Source of the DNA: an uncultured Ignavibacteria bacterium
Lineage (GTDB): Bacteria; Zixibacteria; MSB-5A5; SM1-73
Assembly (NCBI GenBank): GCA_964588675.1
Contig: CAZPRG010000001.1
Span: 1-40,670 of the forward strand
Length of the DNA: 40,670 bases
Reading direction: 5' to 3'
Shown: positions 1 through 10,003 of the stretch, in pieces
Numbering within the stretch: position 1 is the stretch's first letter
Layout of the letters: each line of letters starts with the position of its first letter
Position numbers and translations under genes: made by a program
Notes under the pieces: model-generated
The model's input: the letters and a program-made list of their open reading frames with translations, nothing else
Told to the model about the DNA's origin: nothing
The model's database searches: none

Positions 1-1
1 A

Positions 2-1063
2 AAGCCCGAGATCGACAGTGCCATTCAGGACGTCATCTCCAATACCGCTTTCATCCTGGGAAAAGCGGTCGCGGATTTCGAGGAGAAATTCGCCAAGTAT
101 TGCCGCGTAAAGTACAGCCTGGGGATCAACTCCGGCACCTCCGCGCTCATCATGGCCATGAAGGCGCTGGGAATCGGAGAGGGTGACGAGGTCATCACCA
201 CGCCCAATACTTTCATTGCCACGGCGGAAGCCATCTCCTACGCGGGCGCCAGACCCGTTTTGGTCGACATCGAAGACGAGAGCTACAATATGGATCCGGG
301 TAAACTGGAGAAGGCCATAACCAAGAAGACCAAGGCGATAATTCCGGTCCACCTGTACGGGCAGCCTGCGGACATGGACCCCATTCTGAAAATCGCCGGT
401 GAAAAAGGAATCGCAGTGATCGAGGATGCCTGCCAGGCGCACGGAGCGGAGTACAAAGGAAGGAGAACCGGCAGCCTGGGGAAGGTGGGATGCTTCAGCT
501 TCTATCCCGGAAAGAACCTGGGCGCTTATGGGGAAGGCGGCGGCGTGACCACTGACGATGAAGAGATAGCGCAGAAGGTGAAGATGCTCAGGGATCACGG
601 CTCGCCCAAGAAGTTCTATCACCAGTACGTGGGGAACAACTGCCGGCTCGAAGGAATCCAAGGCGCTGTTTTGGCGGTGAAGCTCAAGTATCTGGACCAG
701 TGGAACCAGGCCCGCAGGAAAAACGCCGATCTCTACCGGAAGTATCTGGCAGGTACGGACGTAAAGCTGCCCCAGGAGATGCCGTATGCCAAGCACGTCT
801 ACCACGTCTTCTGCATCCGGGTGAAGAACCGGGAAAAGCTGATCGACTTCTTGAGCAAGAAGGGAATATTCACCAACATCCATTATCCCATTCCCATTCA
901 TCTTCAGAAGGCCTACGACTTCCTGGGATACAAAAAGGGCGACTTCCCCGTGACCGAGGGATGCATGGATCAGATTCTGTCGCTGCCCATGTTTGCCGAG
1001 CTGACCGAGGAAGAGATCAAGTACACTGCAGATTGCATCAAGGAATTCTACGGGCAGAAGTAA
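2..1063 (+). CDS. DegT/DnrJ/EryC1/StrS-family PLP-dependent sugar aminotransferase (N-terminus cut by window edge)
   Basis: The frame of ORF 152..1063 stays open back to nt 2 (KPEIDSAIQDVISNTAFILGKAVADFEEKF...). Family hallmarks are readable: GINSGTSALIMAMKALG, DEVITTPNTFIATAEA, IPVHLYGQPADMD, FSFYPGKNLGAYGEGG (PLP-lysine context). TAA stop at 1061-1063. Confidence 0.9.
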   Translation, partial: KPEIDSAIQDVISNTAFILGKAVADFEEKFAKYCRVKYSLGINSGTSALIMAMKALGIGEGDEVITTPNTFIATAEAISYAGARPVLVDIEDESYNMDPGKLEKAITKKTKAIIPVHLYGQPADMDPILKIAGEKGIAVIEDACQAHGAEYKGRRTGSLGKVGCFSFYPGKNLGAYGEGGGVTTDDEEIAQKVKMLRDHGSPKKFYHQYVGNNCRLEGIQGAVLAVKLKYLDQWNQARRKNADLYRKYLAGTDVKLPQEMPYAKHVYHVFCIRVKNREKLIDFLSKKGIFTNIHYPIPIHLQKAYDFLGYKKGDFPVTEGCMDQILSLPMFAELTEEEIKYTADCIKEFYGQK

Positions 1064-1092
1064 CGAGCAAAAAAAGATGAGCACTTTTGGAG

Positions 1093-1112
1093 TGCGGAGG
1101 CTCGCCTCCGCA
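1093..1112 (+). terminator. GC-rich hairpin just downstream of the aminotransferase stop (no clear U-tract)
   Basis: tgcggaggc / gcctccgca are perfectly complementary arms around a tc centre. There is no T-run after it, so it may be an attenuator or stability hairpin rather than a full intrinsic terminator. Confidence 0.3.
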
Positions 1113-1138
1113 GAGCCTGAGAGAACCAAACCCGCGCC

Positions 1139-1951
1139 TTGGCGGGGGCGGGGACCGTTGAGAAGCCTGCCGCAGGGAGAGGCGAGAATCTCTTCCGCCT
1201 CGTGATTCGATCTCACATTCGGAGTCTTGGGTTGGGAGAAAAAGATTCCAAAACCCTGGTGATCATTCCGGTGTACAATGAGGAGAACAGGATCAGGACC
1301 GTTCTGGAGGCATTCCAGGGGGTGGAGGTCGAAAAGGTCCTGGTGGCGGACGATGGTTCCACGGACAATACACCACAAGTGCTGAAGGATTTCGATGTTC
1401 TTGTGATTCGCCATCCGGAAAAGCAGGGCGTGGGAAGCTGCATTCGGGACGGAATTGACCATGCGCGAAAAAACGGCTTTCCGCTGGTGGCGGTGATGGC
1501 CGGAAACGGAAAAGACGACCCCCAACAGATTCCCAGACTGCTTAAGCCCATACTTGAACAAGACTACGATTACATACAGGGATCCAGGTACTTAGAGGGA
1601 GGCGAGGCCGGGAATCTTCCCTTTGCCAGGAGGATCGGGATACGGGCTTTCACCTTCTTGTGGTCTGTTGTCTTGAGAAAAAAACTAACCGACGTGACCA
1701 ACGGGTTCCGAGCCTACAAGGTTTCGCTGTTTGACGACCCAAAGATAAATATATGGCAATCATGGCTTTCCACCTATGAATTAGAGTACTATATTCACTT
1801 CTGGGTTTTGAAGTTGAAATACGGATTCGCCGAGGTGCCGGTCTCGAAAATCTATCCGTCCAAGAAGAAGTATTCCAAAATCAGGCCGTTTGTGGACTGG
1901 TGGCCCATCCTCAAGCCCCTTTTCGTCCTGTCACTGAGAATCAAGAAGTAG
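1139..1951 (+). CDS. GT2-family glycosyltransferase, polyprenyl-phosphate sugar synthase-like (DPM1/ArnC-like)
   Basis: GT-A N-terminal motifs: LVIIPVYNEENRI, VLVADDGSTDNT, GVGSCIRDGI, GSRY. The true start is probably in-frame GTG 1202 or TTG 1232 (GGAG 7 nt upstream) rather than TTG 1139. Confidence 0.8.
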   Translation: MAGAGTVEKPAAGRGENLFRLVIRSHIRSLGLGEKDSKTLVIIPVYNEENRIRTVLEAFQGVEVEKVLVADDGSTDNTPQVLKDFDVLVIRHPEKQGVGSCIRDGIDHARKNGFPLVAVMAGNGKDDPQQIPRLLKPILEQDYDYIQGSRYLEGGEAGNLPFARRIGIRAFTFLWSVVLRKKLTDVTNGFRAYKVSLFDDPKINIWQSWLSTYELEYYIHFWVLKLKYGFAEVPVSKIYPSKKKYSKIRPFVDWWPILKPLFVLSLRIKK

Positions 1952-1972
1952 AAGTCTCGTGCCAGACGGGAA

Positions 1973-4243
1973 GTGACGGCCAGGTCAGGGGACCTGGCGG
2001 AGGCACGAAGAATCGGCTCGAAGATCATGAAGTCAAGAAGAGACAAAGACAAGAAAGCAATATCTCAGCCCAGGCGTACCGAAGGCCGAGAATCCGGTTT
2101 GAACCAGTTTTTCAGATCACCATTCTTTTCCTCCCGAGTCTTTGAGATTTTGCTCTTCTGTTTCATCCTGGGATTGGCTTTTGCGGGCGGCATAATCCAC
2201 TTGAATGCCGACCCGCCTGCCATATCCTGGAGCCAGGACGTGGCCACGGACCCTCCGCAGTACACGAACTTCGCGCGGAACAATGTGCTGTGGGATAGCT
2301 GGGTGGTCTTCCCTCCCAATCGTTTCGTCTTCTTCTTGAAATCGTTCAGCTCGCTGGCCTGCTATGTGGTCTTTTCGATGTTCGGCACAGGCCGATCGCA
2401 GGCCAATTTGGCGGCGGTGCTTCTGAACCTATTGACGATTGTCTTTCTGTTTCTGGCTCTCAAGAAGGTCTTCGGAAAAAGGGCGGCTTTCTTCTCGGTC
2501 TTTCTGCTGGCCGTAAACTACGTCTTCATCATGTATGGGCGAAATCCGTTTCTGGAGATCTCCGCGCTTTTCCTTCTGACCTTGGGTTTCTACTTTGCGG
2601 TATCGGGGTTCAGGAAACAGGTGCTTCTGATTCCCTCCGGCATCTGTTTCGCCGCTGCCATCTTCTTCGGAAAGACCATGGCCGCGTTCATGCTTCCCGC
2701 CTGCCTGATTGTGTTGCTTCTGTGGACGTTCCAGCCCTACTCCTCGTCCGAGAACAAGATCGACCTCAGACCTCCGATCTTTTTCGCCGCCGGTTTTCTT
2801 TCTGTGGTCATCTTCTGGCTGTTCTTCAGCTACCTGCCTGCCCAGAGGGAAGTGGCAGGTTATTTGGGCGAGCAGGCATTGGGGCTTTACGGCTTCCCTG
2901 CGGCGCTTAAGTCTATCTCGGGCTTCGTTTCTTCCTTGTTTACCTTCGGGACCGACCTTTTCTACCGCATCCCGGTGGCCTTTCTGCTTGCGTTTTTGGG
3001 ATCGCTCTTGTTTTTCCGAAACCGCCCGTCGTTCAGGGAATTTGTCCGGCACAAAGACGATCGCTCCAAGGCCGCAGCTTTTATCGTTTTTTGGTTTCTG
3101 GCCGCTTTCTTCCTGCTGATGATCCTGAACTACCGGCCGCTGCGATATCAGATCTATCTTATCCCGCCGCTTTGTGCTCTGGCCGGCTTGTGGTTGGACC
3201 GTCTGGTTTCTCCCGACCGGGTCAAGAATGCCCCGTCCGGCGTTCTGTTCTGGGTGGTCTTCTTGGTAGCCGGCAGCTTTGTGGTGAACTATTCGATAAC
3301 CACCCTCTACACCCTCAGCCGGAAACAAATCCTACTAGGGTCGTCCTTGCCCATCGCTTTGGTCGTTGCCGTAATCTGCGGAGCCCTGTACTTCTGGCGG
3401 CTGTCCACCTCCAAAAAATTCTCCCGCGAAGCGGTCGGACCGCCCAATAAAGGAGTTAGATTTCTTCTGGCGCTGGCTTTGATCGTGGTTTCGTTCGTGG
3501 TGAATGGCTGGCAGTACGTGAGCTGGGCATCGTCTCCCACCTATTCGTTGAACCGGTCTTCTCTGGACTTGGGGAAGGTGCTGAGCAAGGAAGCCGTGAT
3601 CTCGGGGCCGTACGGTCCGGCCCTGGTATGGGACAACCGGCTGGGGGACGTAATCCACATGTTCGGCGTCACCCAACCGGATCCCCAACTTTTCTTGACC
3701 TACCCCATCACCCATCTGGCCCTGGAAAGGGGCGGCAATCGCGACCGGGCCTTCAAGGATTACCCGGAGGTGATGAACCAATCCCCGGTGGTCACCACCT
3801 ATTGGCTGAGGAACATCCCGGTCGACATTTACAGAGTAGCGGAACACACGGGCAACTCCCGGGCCGAAGCCTATCCCCTCTCGGATTTCGAGAAGGCCAA
3901 ACTGCTGACCGATCAAGGCAACAACGACTCTGCCCTGGTCATGTTGGAAGAGTTCGTGTCGCGCAACCCGGATAATTACAGCGGGTACGTGGTCCTGGCG
4001 GAGATGTATTTCAACCTGGGCGACTTCGAGAAATCGTCGCAGGCCTTGGAGCGGGCCATCAGGTTCAATCCTACCGATTTTCTGACCCGCCAGCAACTGG
4101 GGACGGTTTATCTTAACCTGGGGCAGCAAACCAACCAAGACAGCTACAGGCTTTTAGCCATCGACCAGTGGGAGAGATCGCTGAAACTCTTCCCACAGAA
4201 TACCAAGCTGGCAGCACGGCTGCAAAGCATAAAGGGGTACTAA
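1973..4243 (+). CDS. GT-C fold polytopic membrane glycosyltransferase (PMT_2 / ArnT-like, GT39/83-like) fused to C-terminal TPR repeats
   Basis: About 12 hydrophobic segments with a first-loop acidic region (NADPPAISWSQDVATDPPQYTNFARN). The C-terminal roughly 130 aa are TPR-like (NPDNYSGYVVLAEMYFNLGDFEKSSQALERAIRFNPTDFLTRQQLGTVYLNLGQ...). The basic N-terminal tail makes the start uncertain (GTG 1973 or ATG 2027). Confidence 0.8.
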   Translation: MTARSGDLAEARRIGSKIMKSRRDKDKKAISQPRRTEGRESGLNQFFRSPFFSSRVFEILLFCFILGLAFAGGIIHLNADPPAISWSQDVATDPPQYTNFARNNVLWDSWVVFPPNRFVFFLKSFSSLACYVVFSMFGTGRSQANLAAVLLNLLTIVFLFLALKKVFGKRAAFFSVFLLAVNYVFIMYGRNPFLEISALFLLTLGFYFAVSGFRKQVLLIPSGICFAAAIFFGKTMAAFMLPACLIVLLLWTFQPYSSSENKIDLRPPIFFAAGFLSVVIFWLFFSYLPAQREVAGYLGEQALGLYGFPAALKSISGFVSSLFTFGTDLFYRIPVAFLLAFLGSLLFFRNRPSFREFVRHKDDRSKAAAFIVFWFLAAFFLLMILNYRPLRYQIYLIPPLCALAGLWLDRLVSPDRVKNAPSGVLFWVVFLVAGSFVVNYSITTLYTLSRKQILLGSSLPIALVVAVICGALYFWRLSTSKKFSREAVGPPNKGVRFLLALALIVVSFVVNGWQYVSWASSPTYSLNRSSLDLGKVLSKEAVISGPYGPALVWDNRLGDVIHMFGVTQPDPQLFLTYPITHLALERGGNRDRAFKDYPEVMNQSPVVTTYWLRNIPVDIYRVAEHTGNSRAEAYPLSDFEKAKLLTDQGNNDSALVMLEEFVSRNPDNYSGYVVLAEMYFNLGDFEKSSQALERAIRFNPTDFLTRQQLGTVYLNLGQQTNQDSYRLLAIDQWERSLKLFPQNTKLAARLQSIKGY

Positions 4244-4247
4244 TAGA

Positions 4248-5276
4248 ATGCGCAACGCCAACGGATACCTGAAGGTCTCGGTGGTGGTTCCGGCCTACAA
4301 CGAAGTGGAGAACGTGGCTCCCCTGATGGAGGAGTTCTTTCAGATGTTCTCCCAGTCCGGAATCAGAGGCGAGGTCATCCTGGTGGATGACGGCTCCACG
4401 GACGGGACCTATCTTAGAGCCAAAGAATGTCAACAGAGATTCCGATTCCTGCGAGTCCTCAGGCATCGGAGGAACTTAGGTCTGACCCAGGCCCTGATGA
4501 CCGGGTTCTCCCGGGCCAGAGGAAGGATTTTCGTCTTCTGGCCTGCCGATCTGCAATACCTTCCCCGGGACATTCCCAAGCTGGTGGAGAGAATAGACAG
4601 CGGATACGACGTGGTCTGCGGATGGAAGCAGGGTTCCTATGGCCTGAAGAGATTCGTGTCCTTCGTCTACAACCTCCTATCGCGAATGGTGTTTCGGATC
4701 AAAGTGCACGATCTCAATTCGGTCAAAGCCTTCCGCCGGGAGGTGGTGGACGACGTGCCCATGCGCAAGGACTGGCACAGGTACATGGTGGTGATGGCGG
4801 CGGACAAGGGATACAAGGTGGGTGAGGTCAAGGTCAAGGTGTACCCCCGCAAGTTCGGCCAATCCAAGTTCGGATTCTGGAGAGTACCGATCGGGTTTCT
4901 GGACTTGCTTTCGGTGAAGTTCCAGCTCTCCTTTATGCGGAAGCCACTGCTTCTGTTTGGGTTTCTGGGTTTGATCTTGATACTTCTGGGAGTCGTAACC
5001 GGAGGAGTCGCCGTCTACCTGAGGATCGCCAAACATGAGGGCTTAAGGCCGCTTCTCTACCTGGTGATGTTGTTGGTATTGTCTGGAATCTCTTTCTTCG
5101 CCCTGGGCTTTCTGGCCGAGGCTATCACCGGCGTGAAAGACGAAGTCAGAGCGCTGTCCCAGCGGCTCGCTCCCAGTCCGGGGATGGGTTTCGACCAGCA
5201 AAGAAGGTTCAACCGCAGGCGCCCTTTCCCCCAGAAGGGAGAAAGGCAGGCTAATCAGAAACAGCCGGGCAGTTGA
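4248..5276 (+). CDS. GT2 polyprenyl-phosphate glycosyltransferase with two C-terminal TM helices (GtrB/CsbB/ArnC-like)
   Basis: VSVVVPAYNEVENVAPL, VILVDDGSTDGT, then two TM helices (LLLFGFLGLILILLGVVTGGVAVYL; LLYLVMLLVLSGISFFALGFLAEAI), which is the GtrB-type architecture. The start lies 4 nt after the preceding stop. Confidence 0.85.
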   Translation: MRNANGYLKVSVVVPAYNEVENVAPLMEEFFQMFSQSGIRGEVILVDDGSTDGTYLRAKECQQRFRFLRVLRHRRNLGLTQALMTGFSRARGRIFVFWPADLQYLPRDIPKLVERIDSGYDVVCGWKQGSYGLKRFVSFVYNLLSRMVFRIKVHDLNSVKAFRREVVDDVPMRKDWHRYMVVMAADKGYKVGEVKVKVYPRKFGQSKFGFWRVPIGFLDLLSVKFQLSFMRKPLLLFGFLGLILILLGVVTGGVAVYLRIAKHEGLRPLLYLVMLLVLSGISFFALGFLAEAITGVKDEVRALSQRLAPSPGMGFDQQRRFNRRRPFPQKGERQANQKQPGS

Positions 5277-5332
5277 TTTTTGTCCGGCCGTTCGTCAGGT
5301 GCCGGGTCCGCATTGCGGCAAATAGAGAGTCG

Positions 5333-6532
5333 ATGGAACAAGAAGCGTCTGCCCAAAGCCATTCCCAGCGGAACATTCTGATTCTGACTCACAACTACGT
5401 GCGGTTTCCGGGAGACCACGCGGGCCACTTCCTACATCTTTTGGCCAAGGGCTTGGTTTCGGCCGGGCACCGGGTATGGGTGCTGGCGCCTCATGAGATG
5501 AATCTGAGAACCTTCGAGATGATGGACGGGGTGGCGGTTCATCGCTTCACCTATGCCGCTCCCCATAAAGAGAGGTTGGCGTATCGGGGGAACATGCACC
5601 AGCTGGTGGCCGAAAGCTGGACCAACAAGGTTCTTTTCTTGCGCTTTCTCTTCTCCTTTCTGCGCCGAGCCCTTTCCCTTTGCGCCCACAGGAACGTTGA
5701 TTTGATCTCCACCCAGTGGTGGATTCCGGCAGGGCTGGTGGGTTATGTCGTTTCCCTCTGGAACAGAAAGCCATACGTGGCCACATCGCACGGCACGGAC
5801 ATCCGCATGTTGGAGAAGGGAGGTCTGCTGGCCAAAATCGCCGGACGGGTCTATCGGCGCGCCGAATACGTCACCACCGTTTCGAGCTTCCTGAGAGACC
5901 GACTTGGCCAAAGCGTAAACCTGGACCCAAGGAAAGTGAGAATCATTCCCATGCCGGTGACCCCCGAAACCTTCTCCCCTACTCCCTTGACCAACCGAAG
6001 TACCAAGCAGATTCTCTGTGTGGCTCGTTTCACTCCCCAGAAGAAACTCGACGTTTTCCTAAAGGCATGCAGCCTCCTCAAGGGTAAGGGAATCGACTTC
6101 CGGGCGAAGATCGTGGGAGAGGGTCCGCTGAAGGAATTTCTGCTGGAGGAAGTCACGCATCTGGGCCTGGAAAATCAGGTGGCGCTGGTGCATACCGTTC
6201 CCCAGGGCAAGCTGAATCTGCTTTACGCCGAAAGCTACGTGTGCGTCCTGCCCTCGGTGGAAGAAGGTTTCGGCCTGGTCCTGGTCGAGGCCCAGCTTTG
6301 CAGAAGGCCGGTGATCGGCGCCCGCTCCGGCGGGATCACCGACATCATCCAGGACGGCATTAGCGGGCTTCTGGTCGCGGCCGACGACCACCAGGATTTG
6401 GCTTCGGCCATGGAAAGGGTCTTGGGCGATTTTCAACTTGCCTTGAGGCTGGCCGAAGGGGGATACCAGAGCGCCCAAAAGAAGTATTCACCGCGGGCGG
6501 TTCTGAGAGAATATCTGGAAGTGCTGTCGTGA
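5333..6532 (+). CDS. GT4-family (group 1) glycosyltransferase
   Basis: ILILTHNYVRFPGDHAGHF at the N-terminus and the GT-B C-terminal signature EGFGLVLVEAQLCRRPVIGARSGGITDIIQDGISGLLV. ATG 5333 (GAGAG upstream) is preferred; the longest ORF starts at TTG 5273, overlapping the previous stop. Confidence 0.85.
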   Translation: MEQEASAQSHSQRNILILTHNYVRFPGDHAGHFLHLLAKGLVSAGHRVWVLAPHEMNLRTFEMMDGVAVHRFTYAAPHKERLAYRGNMHQLVAESWTNKVLFLRFLFSFLRRALSLCAHRNVDLISTQWWIPAGLVGYVVSLWNRKPYVATSHGTDIRMLEKGGLLAKIAGRVYRRAEYVTTVSSFLRDRLGQSVNLDPRKVRIIPMPVTPETFSPTPLTNRSTKQILCVARFTPQKKLDVFLKACSLLKGKGIDFRAKIVGEGPLKEFLLEEVTHLGLENQVALVHTVPQGKLNLLYAESYVCVLPSVEEGFGLVLVEAQLCRRPVIGARSGGITDIIQDGISGLLVAADDHQDLASAMERVLGDFQLALRLAEGGYQSAQKKYSPRAVLREYLEVLS

Positions 6533-7443
6533 ATCTCAAGAAGACGCTGATCAGATCGGCTCAGGTCGTTATAATCCTGGTCATATTCTATTTTCTGGGC
6601 AGAAGCATCATCGCCAACTGGACCCAGGTAAAGGACTTCAATTGGGAGTTCGATTATCCTCTGCTGATTTTGTCGTTTGCTCTCCAATTGGTGGGACTGT
6701 GCTGGCTGGTCAAGATCTGGCAGAGGATGCTGAGCCACACCGGCTCCCGGGTTTCGTACCTGAAGCTCTTCAAAGTCTGGTTCTTCGCCAATCTGGGCAA
6801 GTATCTTCCGGGAAAGGTCTGGCAATTCATGGGCATGATTTACATGTTGGAAAAACAGGGGGTGCCCAAGCAAAGCAGCCTGTCCACCGGGGTTTTGGCC
6901 CAGGCTTTTTCAGTGATGTCCGGACTGCTGGTCTCCGTGATTTTCCTCGGCGCCAGCCTGTATTCTCAGTTTTTCTCCAAGGAGCCGGCCCTGCTGGCGG
7001 TGGGAATCGTTCTGGGTTTGGCCATCCTGGTGATCGGATGCTATCCCAAAGCGCTGGAGAAGATCATCAACCTGGGCTTGAGGATAGTGAAAAGACAGGA
7101 GATTGCGCTTGATATTCGGGCCAAGGATGTTATTATTTATGTTTTGTTCTATTCGGCCTCCTGGCTGTTGTACGGACTGGCGTTTTTGACATTCGTTAAA
7201 TCCATGGCCCCTGCTTCCTTTCACATGTATCCCACGCTCACCGGCGCGTTCGCCTTCTCGCTGAACGTGGGGTTTCTGGCCGTGTTCACTCCGGGCGGGA
7301 TCGGGGTGCGGGAAGGGGTGCTGGTGCTTTTGCTCTCCTCCTTTTTCCCGCTTCCCGTCTCCACTTTGATTTCGCTTCTTTCCCGTTTGTGGATGACGGC
7401 AGGTGAGCTATTATGCTTTCTTGTTGCCGTGCCTCTGAAATGA
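6529..7443 (+). CDS. Flippase-like polytopic membrane protein (LPG-synthase-TM / UPF0104 family)
   Basis: Eight or so TM segments. Family-typical KYLPGKVWQFMG and FTPGGIGVREGVLVLLL motifs. The GTG start overlaps the GT4 stop (GTGA). Confidence 0.75.
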   Translation: MNLKKTLIRSAQVVIILVIFYFLGRSIIANWTQVKDFNWEFDYPLLILSFALQLVGLCWLVKIWQRMLSHTGSRVSYLKLFKVWFFANLGKYLPGKVWQFMGMIYMLEKQGVPKQSSLSTGVLAQAFSVMSGLLVSVIFLGASLYSQFFSKEPALLAVGIVLGLAILVIGCYPKALEKIINLGLRIVKRQEIALDIRAKDVIIYVLFYSASWLLYGLAFLTFVKSMAPASFHMYPTLTGAFAFSLNVGFLAVFTPGGIGVREGVLVLLLSSFFPLPVSTLISLLSRLWMTAGELLCFLVAVPLK

Positions 7444-7477
7444 AAGGTCACCGGACCGCGCTGATCCTGCAAACCCG

Positions 7478-9982
7478 GTGACCAAAGAGAATGTCCGGAA
7501 ACGAAAGATGAAAAAGCAAAAGAACAAAAAAGCCCCGGCAACGTCAAAGACCAAATCCACCGGCCCCAGTTCCCAGACTCGGGAGAGACTATGGCGGTAT
7601 CTTCCGCTGGGGCTTCTTTTTGTTCTCACCATCGTCCTTTTCTCCGGGTTCGTCTTTTCGGATCGGATGCTCTTCGGCACGGATACCATCGAAGCCGGCG
7701 TCATGTTCCGGGCGTTCTACTCCTCCTTCGTCAAACAGTACCATGCCATACCCCAATGGGATCCCTATCTTTTCGGCGGGCTGCCTTTCGTGGACGCCAT
7801 GCACGGTGACACGTTTTATCCTCTGGCAGCCCTGCAATTCGTCCTGCCCATACAGCGGGCCTTGGGGTGGAAGCTGGTGCTGACGGTTTTCCTGGCCGGC
7901 ATATTCACCTACCTGTGCATGAGAGCGTTCAAGTTCTCGCGACTGGTTTCCATATTGTCCGCCGTGGCCTACATGTTCTCGGCCAATTTGGTCTCCTGGG
8001 TCTACGGAGGACAGGACGGAAGGATGTATGTCACCAGCCTGTTGCCGCTTTTGTTTTTCTTTCTGCAGAAGGCGTTGGATAGCAGGAAGTGGATTTACTA
8101 CATGGGGCTGGGATTTTCCATCGGACTTCTGCTTTTGGCCAACCATCCTCAACTGGCATACTATGCCATGTGGGCCGTGGGCCTGTACTTCTTGTTCTTC
8201 CTGGCATCCGGCTTTTCGGCGGGCAGGGAAAAGACCGCCTCGCAGAAGATCAAGCCATTAGTCAAACCGGTTGTGCTTTTCGTCCTAGCGGTGGTTATCG
8301 GCCTGGGCCTCTCCTTAGTGCAGCTGCTTCCCCCTTACATCTACGTCAACAAGTACTCTCCTCGGGCGGAGGGAAGCAAAGGTTACGACTATGCGGTCTC
8401 CTGGTCGGCTCATCCCGAGGAGCTGGCATCTCTTGTAGTGCCGGAGTTCTCCGGATACAACACCCAGAACGAAAGCACCTACTGGGGACGGAATGCCTTC
8501 AAGCAGAACTCGGATTACGGCGGAGTCATCCCTCTGGTCTTCGCGATCTTCGCCTTTTTCTTTGTCAGAGACAAGAAGAGATGGTTCTTCCTGGGCTTAT
8601 CCATCCTGGCTCTAATCTACTCGCTGGGAGGTCATACACCCATCTACCGGCTTTTCTACTATCTGGTGCCCCAGGTGAAAAACTTCCGGGCGCCTGGTCT
8701 GATCCTTTTTCTGCTGATATTCTCACTTGTCTTCCTATCTGCATCGTTTGTCGAACGTCTGTTTAAGGGAATCAAAGACCCGGCCGAGCAGAAGAAGCTG
8801 TCCCGGGTGCTGCTGGTGACCATGGCTGTTTTCTTAGGTCTGGCGTTTTTGTTTTCCGTGGCCGGAGGCGCCATGCTTTCCATCTGGACCGGCATACTCT
8901 ATTCGGGCATCGCTTCCAACAAAGTGGCAATCATGAGCCAAAATCTGCCCAACCTGGTGAGGGGATTCTGGCTGGCCACGCTCCTGGTGGGATTGGCCTG
9001 TGGGGCGGTTTACCTTCTGGTCCGGGGAAAGATCAAGCCTACGACGTTTGCCGTCTCTATCGGCGTGCTTCTGATCTTCGATCTGTGGAGGGTGGACTTC
9101 AAGTTCATCCGCGATTTCGACTATCACAGTTACTTTCGAAAGGACAGCGCCATCGAGTTTCTGCAAAAGGACAAGGAGGAATTTCGGGTGTTATCCCTGC
9201 CCGGCACCTTTCAGGGCCAGGACCTACCCGCCTTCTTCGACGTCATGCAGGTATTCGGCTATCACGGCAACCAGCTTAAGGCCTACGACGATTTCACCGA
9301 GAGAACCTATCGGGAATCGGCCCGCACCCAGGAGGAGTTCGGTCAGAGGTACGCCCAGTTTCTCTTCGGAATCAAGCCCGACCTGCTGAACGTCAAGTAC
9401 GTGCTCAGCTCCGGGTCTTTGAATCATCCCAAATTCGAGCAGGTTTTTCAGGGAGACGGAGTATTCGTATCCCGAAACCAAGGCTATCTCCCCCGAGCGC
9501 GCATAGTCTCACGCTATGAGGTGATGACCGACCGACAAGCCATCCTCACGCGAATCGTCGATCCGGACTTCGACTATCGACATACTATCATCCTGGAGGA
9601 GAATCCTCCGGAGTTTTCTGGCGCAACCGACAGTCTGGAGGTGGTGGGCAGTGCTTTCGTCCAGGAGGATAAAATCAACACTCAGGTGGTAAAGGCCGAG
9701 CTGTCGCAGCCGGGCTTTCTCGTCATGAGCGAGAACTACTATCCCTCCTGGAAGGCTTACGTGGACGGGAAAGAGGCCAAAATCTACCGGACGGATTACC
9801 TTTTCCGCGCGGTGTATTTGGATCAGGGCTCCCACCAGGTCAAGTTCGTATTCGATTCGGCCACCTATCGCATCGGGAAAGCCTCCACTTTGTTGACTTG
9901 CGCCCTACTTTTGGTTATGTTTATATTCTATATGGCCAGACGGGCCAAGCCCGCCAGGCCGCCCGGGCACGAAACAGCGTAA
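7478..9982 (+). CDS. YfhO-family GT-C membrane glycosyltransferase
   Basis: 834-aa polytopic protein with a large C-terminal extracytoplasmic domain ending in the YfhO-typical ENYYPSWKAYVDGKEAKIYRTDYLFRAVYLDQGSHQVKFVF plus a final TM helix. Lys-rich N-terminal tail (KRKMKKQKNKK); alternative start at ATG 7508. Confidence 0.85.
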   Translation: MTKENVRKRKMKKQKNKKAPATSKTKSTGPSSQTRERLWRYLPLGLLFVLTIVLFSGFVFSDRMLFGTDTIEAGVMFRAFYSSFVKQYHAIPQWDPYLFGGLPFVDAMHGDTFYPLAALQFVLPIQRALGWKLVLTVFLAGIFTYLCMRAFKFSRLVSILSAVAYMFSANLVSWVYGGQDGRMYVTSLLPLLFFFLQKALDSRKWIYYMGLGFSIGLLLLANHPQLAYYAMWAVGLYFLFFLASGFSAGREKTASQKIKPLVKPVVLFVLAVVIGLGLSLVQLLPPYIYVNKYSPRAEGSKGYDYAVSWSAHPEELASLVVPEFSGYNTQNESTYWGRNAFKQNSDYGGVIPLVFAIFAFFFVRDKKRWFFLGLSILALIYSLGGHTPIYRLFYYLVPQVKNFRAPGLILFLLIFSLVFLSASFVERLFKGIKDPAEQKKLSRVLLVTMAVFLGLAFLFSVAGGAMLSIWTGILYSGIASNKVAIMSQNLPNLVRGFWLATLLVGLACGAVYLLVRGKIKPTTFAVSIGVLLIFDLWRVDFKFIRDFDYHSYFRKDSAIEFLQKDKEEFRVLSLPGTFQGQDLPAFFDVMQVFGYHGNQLKAYDDFTERTYRESARTQEEFGQRYAQFLFGIKPDLLNVKYVLSSGSLNHPKFEQVFQGDGVFVSRNQGYLPRARIVSRYEVMTDRQAILTRIVDPDFDYRHTIILEENPPEFSGATDSLEVVGSAFVQEDKINTQVVKAELSQPGFLVMSENYYPSWKAYVDGKEAKIYRTDYLFRAVYLDQGSHQVKFVFDSATYRIGKASTLLTCALLLVMFIFYMARRAKPARPPGHETA

Positions 9983-10003
9983 GGCGCATTTGGCCCGAAA
10001 GAA

